From positions 1 to 64,000 of the forward strand of contig CAVYSY010000021.1 of the NCBI GenBank assembly GCA_963771175.1: a stretch of DNA of 64,000 bases, given 5' to 3'. Under the pieces are notes generated by a model that was not told where the DNA came from, did not search any database, and saw only the letters and a list, made by a program, of their open reading frames with translations. Position numbers and translations under genes: made by a program. This document shows, piece after piece, positions 57,380 to 64,000 of the stretch (positions are counted from its first letter, which is position 1; each line of letters starts with the position of its first letter). Source of the stretch: an uncultured delta proteobacterium. Its GTDB lineage: Bacteria; Myxococcota; Myxococcia; Myxococcales; Myxococcaceae.

Positions 57380-57510
57380 TCGATGTTCTCCGGGCGGAAG
57401 CCTCCTACCAACGGCGTCCCGCCACGCAACACTCTACCTGGGGGCTTCGTGTCGGGGGGCTCGCCTGGAGGGCTGGAGAGCATCCGGCGGCGCGGGGCCT
57501 GGTGGGGACC

Positions 57511-58133
57511 TCAGGATTGCGGCTCGGGGTCCTTCGCGCCCTGCTCTTGTTCCAGCGTCTTGCGCCACTCCTCGAACCGCTCGAAGAGGGAGAAGGGGTG
57601 GAAGGCGAGGTGGTCGATGTTGCGATGGTACGCCGCGAGATAGGGCTCGCCCCCGAGTTGGATGACGGCCTGTGAGGGCCGCTCGGGCAGGCTGTAGAAC
57701 CAGGCCCGGGCCTGCTCCCGGGTGTCGAAGCTGGCGACCGGCGGTGGAGGACGGCCGTCCTTCATCATCTCCTCAAAGTGGTACTCGATGGAGTGGGTGG
57801 AGACTAGCTTGCGGAGGTTGATGTCTCGCCAATAGTAGACGGAGTGGTATTCGTCCGCGATCAGCACCGCGGCCGTACGGGGTGGTTTGGGATGGTTCTT
57901 CAGCCACGCCTCCGCCTCTTCGCGCGTTGCGAAAGAGGCGAGACCATCTCGGGTCCTTCGGTCCTGAGCTCCTGGCGGTAGTCCTCGAAGTCATACTGCT
58001 GGCCCGTCGTACTGATGAATTGGAGCGCGTCGGCTGCGGTGAGAAGCAACTCCTTCTCCTCGGCGGACTCGGTCTTCTCAAGAATCAGGCCGAGGAGATT
58101 GATGGCTTCGAAGATGGGGCTTTGGGGTTTCAT
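57511..58133 (-). CDS. Hypothetical protein with internal duplicated motif, putative immunity protein (frameshift near 57935)
   Basis: Repeated F.TRE.A.AW...P...AV.I..E.Y unit; lower GC; directly downstream of a lipoprotein. Confidence 0.55.
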
Positions 58134-58774
58134 GTTATGCCTCGGTGATGAGGAACCGAGCAGGGCTCATCAGGATGCCAGGAGCACCGCGGGGGCGAGG
58201 ACCACGAGCCCCGCTCCAGCGGAAACCGTGACGAAGGCCACTCCGGCGATGACGACAATGCTGCCCACCAGAATGCCCTGGTGATGGCGCTTCAACCAGT
58301 CGACGGCTTCGTCCACGGCCGAGAACTCCTGGCGCTGACGGCGCTCCAACTCCCGGCAATCATCGTAGGCCTGTTGGCATTGCTCGCGGCACCACGTTTC
58401 CTTTCCGCCCATTCCCCTTCCCCCGGACGTGATGTGTCCGAACCCCCGAGGAAGGGGGCGGCTCATGCACATCTTGATGCACTGACGGTTCTCCGCATCA
58501 CAGTCGCGCTGGTAGCTCATCGATGACGAGCACGATGCGTCCATACGTCGACCCACGGGCGCTCGACGGGCAGCCTGTATCCTGAGAGGTCGAACTCCTC
58601 GGCGCGCCGCCAGTCGTGGGTGACCTGCCCGCCGGGCGACTCCTCGAGGACGAGCACGTAGCGGTTGAGCTCTTCGACGGCCGGGGTCGCGGTGTAGCGG
58701 GTGGCACTACACGAGACGAGCAGCATGCAGAGGGTCGGGGCCAGGAGCCACGTTGGCGCCATGCGGTTCTTCAT
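58130..58774 (-). CDS. Cys-rich lipoprotein with hydrophobic C-terminus, putative toxin (frameshifts)
   Basis: LVSC lipobox, RYVLVLEE.PGGQVTH.W, six-Cys domain, GILVGSIVVIAGVAFVTVSAGAGLVVLAPAVLLA. Confidence 0.55.
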
Positions 58775-58818
58775 GAGGAGCGCGCGTGTACCACGGGGGT
58801 CCGTGATAGTCAGGGGCC

Positions 58819-59498
58819 GTGGACGACCTCGACGCCCGCCGCCGCGAGCAGCACAAGCTGCGCCTCTCCTGGATGCCGTGGCTCTACTTCTCCCTCAAGC
58901 CGCGCCACCGGGAGTGGGCCCACGCCTGGCAGAAGGAAGTGCAGGACCAGCTTGCGCGAACTGGAGACGGTGGAGATCGTCGAGGGCTGCTTCGTCGCTC
59001 CGGAAGCGCGGCTCTTCGCCGAGCCGGGCCGCACCATCCGCATCATCGGCCCCGGGGTGAGCATCGCCGCACATGCCTTCGTCCACGGGCCGGTGGTGCT
59101 GGAGGCGCGACGTGAGCCTCAACGCGCGCGTCAGCCTGGATGGCGGAGCGGGAGGCATCCACATCGGTGAGGGCAGCCGCATCGCCACCGGCGCCGCCCT
59201 CTACGCCTTCGACCATGGCCTCGCCCCGGACCGGCCCGTGCGCTCCCAGCCCGTCACCTCGAGCGGCATCGTGCTCGGCAAGGACGTGTGGGTGGGGGCC
59301 AACGCCGGCATCACCGATGGGGTGCGCATCGGAGACCATGCCGTGGTGGGCATGGGCGCCGTCGTCACCCGGGACGTGCCCGCCTGGGCCATCGTCGCCG
59401 GGGTGCCCGCACGCGTCATCGGTGACCGCCGCGACCGCCGCCACTCCGGTGCGGCCGGCTCCGGTTGGTCACCACCGGACGATTCCCAGGAGGAATGA
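58819..59498 (+). CDS. Hexapeptide-repeat acyltransferase (frameshifts)
   Basis: IVLGKDVWVGANA, IGDHAVVGMGAVVTRDV, VAGVPARVI. Confidence 0.8.
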
Positions 59499-59619
59499 GC
59501 CGACATTCCCTGGCTTTTCTGTCGACTCCTGAGAAACCAGTACCTGAGAGCGGTACCTGAATTGACTCGGAATTCATTTCGGGACCGTATGCTCTCCCCT
59601 GGGGACAAGGAGCGTGGAC

Positions 59620-60807
59620 ATGGCGTACCAGCCGCTGTCGCAGGTCGTCGCCCTCGATGCCGAGCGTCCCGAGTCGGACTCGCTCTCACGGCTGTCCATG
59701 CTGGCGCTCGCCTCGGGTCTCCGCTCGGGACTGTCGGCGGACGCGCTGCGCTATCACTTCCTGGCGGAGCGGCTCTCCGAGGTGGTCTTCCACCTCGACG
59801 GCTCGGGGCGCCTCTCCTTCCTCGGGCCCGCCTGGACGTCCCTCGCCGGCCAGTCCGTGGAGGAGGTGCTCGGCAAGCCGCTGGTGGAGGTGATGCACCC
59901 GGAGGATCGGCCGCGCGTGCAGGCCGTGCTGGATGCGATCGCCGCGCGCGTGCAGGCCTCCTTCCGGCTCGAGCTGAGGCTGATGGCCGCCAGTGGTCCG
60001 CTCTGGGTGGAGCTGGCCGCGCACAGCTCGCCCACGGGTCAGGGCGAGGTGCTGGGCACGCTGGCGGACCTCACCGAGCGCCGGCAGATGCAGGCGCGCC
60101 TGCAGCTCTCCGACAGGCTGGCCACCCTGGGGATGCTCGTGCCGGGCTTCGCGCACGACATGAACAACCCGCTGGCCTACATGCTGGCCAACCTGGACTA
60201 CCTGCTCTCGAGCATGGCGGGGGTGGCGGGCAGCACCTCGCCGGACCGGGTGGCCGAGTGGCGCGAGGCGATCGGCGAGGTGCGCGAGGGCGCCGAGCGG
60301 TTGCGGCAGATCATCGGGCACCTGCGCAGCTTCCGGTCGGATTCGAACCAGGGGCCGGTGGACCTGAACCTGGTGCTCGATGGGGTGGGGCAGATGGTGG
60401 CCAGCACCCTGCGCTCGCGCGGGCGCCTGGTGCGCGACTATGGCGCCCGGATGCTGGTGACGGGCAGCGAGGGAGGGTTGCGCCAGGCCTTCCTCAACCT
60501 CGTCCTCCACGCGGTGCTGGCGCTGCCCGAGGGCGACACGGAGGAGAACGAGGTGCGCCTGGTCACTCGGGAGGATGGCGAGGGCCACGTGGTGGTGGAG
60601 GTGCATGACACCGGCGCGGCCATCCCCCCCGACGTCCTGCCCCGCCTGTTCGAGCCCTTCTTCTCGCTCCGGGGCACGGAGGCGGGGCCGGGTCCGGTGC
60701 TCTCCGTGTGCCGGGACATCCTCCGCGGGCTCGGTGGGAGCATCACCGTGACGTCCTCACACGGCCGGGGGACCGTCTTCCGGGTGACGCTGCCCATGGC
60801 CTCCTGA
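59620..60807 (+). CDS. PAS-domain sensor histidine kinase
   Basis: PAS motif MHPEDR, AHDMNNPL, HATPase with atypical N and G boxes. Confidence 0.8.
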   Translation: MAYQPLSQVVALDAERPESDSLSRLSMLALASGLRSGLSADALRYHFLAERLSEVVFHLDGSGRLSFLGPAWTSLAGQSVEEVLGKPLVEVMHPEDRPRVQAVLDAIAARVQASFRLELRLMAASGPLWVELAAHSSPTGQGEVLGTLADLTERRQMQARLQLSDRLATLGMLVPGFAHDMNNPLAYMLANLDYLLSSMAGVAGSTSPDRVAEWREAIGEVREGAERLRQIIGHLRSFRSDSNQGPVDLNLVLDGVGQMVASTLRSRGRLVRDYGARMLVTGSEGGLRQAFLNLVLHAVLALPEGDTEENEVRLVTREDGEGHVVVEVHDTGAAIPPDVLPRLFEPFFSLRGTEAGPGPVLSVCRDILRGLGGSITVTSSHGRGTVFRVTLPMAS

Positions 60808-60887
60808 GCGGGGCCGCCGGGCCTGCACCGCTGCTCGCTCATTCCTACCCTTCAAGAGCGGCGGCTCCCGCCGTGCTGGAGGTGTGT

Positions 60888-62966
60888 GTGCGTTCGTGGG
60901 TCATCCGCCTGGGTGCGCTCGTGTTGGCACTGGTGCTCGCCGCCTGTGGTCAGCGGGGCTCCAAGGCGGGACAGGAGGAAGGGCTTCCCCTGGGGCAGGG
61001 CGGACAGGGGCTCGGTGGCACCTGTGCCGGGCAGCAGTCGTTCCTCGTCGGCAGCGGCATCTACGACATCACCGGCCCCGCCGCCGAGCTGGGGATGCTG
61101 GGCTACGTGGAGCTGGAGCAGCAGACGGCGGGCATCCACCAGCGCCTGCGCTCACGGGCCTTCGTCATCGCCTCGCCGTGCAATGGCAAGCGCGTGGTGT
61201 TGGTGACGGCGGACCTGGGCATGCTGTTCCAGGGGGTGAAGCAGCAGGTGATGGAGCGGCTGCGCGCCGCCTACGGGCAGCTCTACTCCGAGGACAACGT
61301 GCTGCTGAGCGCCACCCATACCCACAGCGGGCCGGGGGGCTTCTCGCACTACGCCCTCTACAACCTGAGCACGTTTGGTTTCGAGCCGAGGAACTTCGAG
61401 CTCATCGTGGAGGGCATCTACCAGTCCATCGTCCGGGCCCACGAGCACCTGGGGCCGGGCCGCGTCTTCCTGGCGGCGGGGGACCTGCTCGACGCGAGCC
61501 GCAACCGCTCGACGGAGGCCTACCTCCTCAATCCGCCGGAGGAGCGCGCGCGCTACGCGCATGACACGGACAAGCGGATGACGCTGCTGCGACTCACGAA
61601 GGACTCGGGGACGGAGGTGGGGCTCATCAACTGGTTCTCCGTCCACGCCACCTCGATGGGAATGGAGTACCAGCACATCAGCGGCGACAACAAAGGCTAC
61701 GCCGCCTACCTCTTCGAGAAGGCGAGGGGCACGCGCTACGACGCCACCGGGGACACCTTCGTGGCCGCCTTCGCGCAGGGCAACGAGGGCGACGTGACGC
61801 CCAACATCCATGGGGGCGAGGACGGCGGCGGGGAGGACGACTTCGAGAGCACCGAGCTGTCGGGCCGCAAGCAGTACGAGCGGGCCGTCTCGCTCTACGC
61901 GAGCGCCACCACGCGCCTCACCGGAGGGGTGGACTACCGGCACGTGTACGTGAAGATGGACGACGTGGCGGTGTCTCCCTCCTTCACGGAGGGCACCGCG
62001 CGGCACACGTGCCCGGCGGCCATCGGCATCTCCATGCTGGCGGGCGCCGAGGACGGGCCGGGCGTGGGGGGCGAGGGGGCCACGTGCGCCGTCAGGCACA
62101 ACGTGTGGAGCGCCTTCACCTGCACCACCACCACCACGCCCTGTCAGGCGGAGAAGCCCATCGTGCTGGAGATGGGCTCGATGAAGCCCTACCCGTGGAG
62201 CCCCGAGGTGCTGCCGATGCAGCTCATCACGGTGGGCACCCTTGCGCTGGTGGCGGTGCCCTTCGAGCTGACGACCATGGCGGGCCGCCGCCTTCGTGAG
62301 ACGGTGCGCGCCCGGCTGGCACCCGCGGGGGTGACGGAGGTCGTCATCGCGGGCCTGTCCAACGCCTACGCCGGCTACGTCGCCACGCGCGAGGAGTACG
62401 CCAAGCAGGAGTACGAGGGGGCCTCCACCCACTTCGGGCCGTGGACGCTGGCGGCGATACAGCAGGAGTTCGACGCCCTGGCCCGGGCCCTGCGTGAGGG
62501 CACCTCGGTGCCGCCGGGGCCGACGCCGAGGGACTTGAGCCGCCAGCAGAAGCACCTGCGGCCCGGGGTCCTCTTCGACGACAAGCCGCTGTGGGTGGAC
62601 TTCGGCGACGTCCTCACCGACGCGCACGAGTCCTATGCGCGCGGCGACACGGTGCGCGTCACCTTCTGGGCGGGGCACCCGAAGAACGACCCGCACACCC
62701 AGGGCACCTACCTGCGCGTGCAGCGCCGCGAGGGGCTCCTGTGGAAGGACGTGGCGTACGACTGGGACTGGGAGACGAAGTACACGTGGCGGCGCGGCTA
62801 CTGCCTGCCCACCCTCGCGTGCTCGCACGCCCTCCTCGAATGGGACATCCCCCCGGACGCGGAGCCGGGCCTCTACCGCATCGTCCACGAGGGGGACTGG
62901 AAGTCCGGCTGGGACGGCAAGGTGCGCTCCTACCGGGGCACCTCGCGCTCCTTCTCCGTGCGATGA
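60888..62966 (+). CDS. Neutral/alkaline ceramidase lipoprotein
   Basis: DITGPAAE, RLRSRAF, ATHTHSGPGG, HATSM, ISGDNKG, EGDVTPN, YEGASTHFG. Confidence 0.9.
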   Translation: MRSWVIRLGALVLALVLAACGQRGSKAGQEEGLPLGQGGQGLGGTCAGQQSFLVGSGIYDITGPAAELGMLGYVELEQQTAGIHQRLRSRAFVIASPCNGKRVVLVTADLGMLFQGVKQQVMERLRAAYGQLYSEDNVLLSATHTHSGPGGFSHYALYNLSTFGFEPRNFELIVEGIYQSIVRAHEHLGPGRVFLAAGDLLDASRNRSTEAYLLNPPEERARYAHDTDKRMTLLRLTKDSGTEVGLINWFSVHATSMGMEYQHISGDNKGYAAYLFEKARGTRYDATGDTFVAAFAQGNEGDVTPNIHGGEDGGGEDDFESTELSGRKQYERAVSLYASATTRLTGGVDYRHVYVKMDDVAVSPSFTEGTARHTCPAAIGISMLAGAEDGPGVGGEGATCAVRHNVWSAFTCTTTTTPCQAEKPIVLEMGSMKPYPWSPEVLPMQLITVGTLALVAVPFELTTMAGRRLRETVRARLAPAGVTEVVIAGLSNAYAGYVATREEYAKQEYEGASTHFGPWTLAAIQQEFDALARALREGTSVPPGPTPRDLSRQQKHLRPGVLFDDKPLWVDFGDVLTDAHESYARGDTVRVTFWAGHPKNDPHTQGTYLRVQRREGLLWKDVAYDWDWETKYTWRRGYCLPTLACSHALLEWDIPPDAEPGLYRIVHEGDWKSGWDGKVRSYRGTSRSFSVR

Positions 62967-62979
62967 GCCGGCACGGCGC

Positions 62980-63576
62980 TCAGCTACAGGTGCGGTCGGG
63001 GCTGCAGTTCTTCTTGCACTTGCGGCACGGCCCGCCGCCCTTGCCGCACTTGTCCCGCGTGTTGCCCGGCTCGCAGACGTTGTTCGAGCAGCAGCCGTCG
63101 CATCCGGAGCACGAGCCCCCATCCGGGGTGCCCGTTCCTCCTCCCGTCTCATCGGGAGGGACCGGCTCCAGCCGGATGGTGACGTCCACCTCGTACCCGT
63201 CGTGGAGCTGCGCGCTGCCCTCGCCCCGGGCCACCACGAGGTTGTCGCGCAGGCCCTCGACATACACCTTCGCCCGCACGCCGTTGGCTTCGTCCTCCAG
63301 CAGGACGCGCAATGTCTCTCCGCTGGAGAGCAGGCGCTCGGGCTGTTCGGGAAGCACGTGGGGCCCGAAGGGCTGTCCGCCCTCCACCGAGCCCCCCACG
63401 CGCACCTGGGTGAGCAGCAGTGTGGGATCGAACGCCGTGGTGACGTAGAGCGCCGTTCCCGACGCCGCCGCCGGATCCCGGCAGGACGCCAGCAACACGG
63501 CGCACACGAGTCCCAGGACGCCGCGCCATCCGACGCGACTCCCTCCCCCGGTCCATTCCCCAGATCCGCGCATCAT
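62980..63576 (-). CDS. Hypothetical lipoprotein with Cys-rich C-terminus
   Basis: LASC lipobox, GTALYVT, DGG linker, CSGCDGCC...CRKC. Confidence 0.65.
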   Translation of the reverse strand: MMRGSGEWTGGGSRVGWRGVLGLVCAVLLASCRDPAAASGTALYVTTAFDPTLLLTQVRVGGSVEGGQPFGPHVLPEQPERLLSSGETLRVLLEDEANGVRAKVYVEGLRDNLVVARGEGSAQLHDGYEVDVTIRLEPVPPDETGGGTGTPDGGSCSGCDGCCSNNVCEPGNTRDKCGKGGGPCRKCKKNCSPDRTCS

Positions 63577-63692
63577 GGCGCACATGAGGTAGCCATGGAG
63601 CACCGCGTGCGTCCCTGGACCGGCCGGGTCGATGTCGAGCAGGCGGCGTTGCGGTGGAGCCGAATGACGGGAGGCGGACACCCCTCGTCACA

Positions 63693-64000
63693 TCAGAGCG
63701 GTGCAAGGGCCTCCTTCGTCGGATCGGATTGTGTGCCCGCGGACGGGCCGCTCACCGGGCTGAGCCGCAGGAGGTGCTCGCGCAGCATGGGCGAGGGGTT
63801 GATGAACTGGAGGCCCACCCCCGGGGACATGCGCCAGGCGCGCGCCTGGGCCGAGTCCACGTGCCGCACCACCTCGCCGACGCACTCCACCTCCTCGCCG
63901 CCGAGCAGGAGGGTGAACTCGAGCCGGGTGAAGAGCTGGGGGAAGGGCTCGGCGCAGCACATGAAGAGGCCACCGCCGCTGAGCTCGGTGCAGTGGACCA
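63693..64000 (-). CDS. C-terminal PilZ domain of a gene truncated by the window edge
   Basis: ELSGGGLFM, GEVVRHV, GVGLQF. Confidence 0.7.
   Translation of the reverse strand, partial: VHCTELSGGGLFMCCAEPFPQLFTRLEFTLLLGGEEVECVGEVVRHVDSAQARAWRMSPGVGLQFINPSPMLREHLLRLSPVSGPSAGTQSDPTKEALAPL

Overview
GC-rich myxobacterial chromosome segment, most like Archangiaceae/Cystobacterineae (DUF2378, a PEGA Ser/Thr kinase, an FHA protein, Sit-like toxin loci, myxobacterial palindromic repeats). It holds about 50 genes. Housekeeping/metabolic genes include ettA, ppdK, treZ, ctaA, SSADH, a DTW-domain tRNA modifier, two ABC systems and a neutral ceramidase. Many of these carry clustered frameshifts that are probably sequencing or assembly indels. 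Main observations: (1) an unannotated sigma-54-driven, three-hairpin sRNA with a 7-C loop, Pxr-like, beside an unusual HTH-AAA+ activator; (2) two lipoprotein-toxin genes collapsed to signal-peptide mini-ORFs that still sit directly upstream of intact immunity genes, plus a third lipoprotein/partner pair; (3) an orphan two-core microviridin-type precursor; (4) a coupled HhH/beta-barrel + lamin-tail + thermonuclease operon; (5) a HEAT-HEAT-M23 operon. All assignments come from motif recognition by eye; no searches were run.
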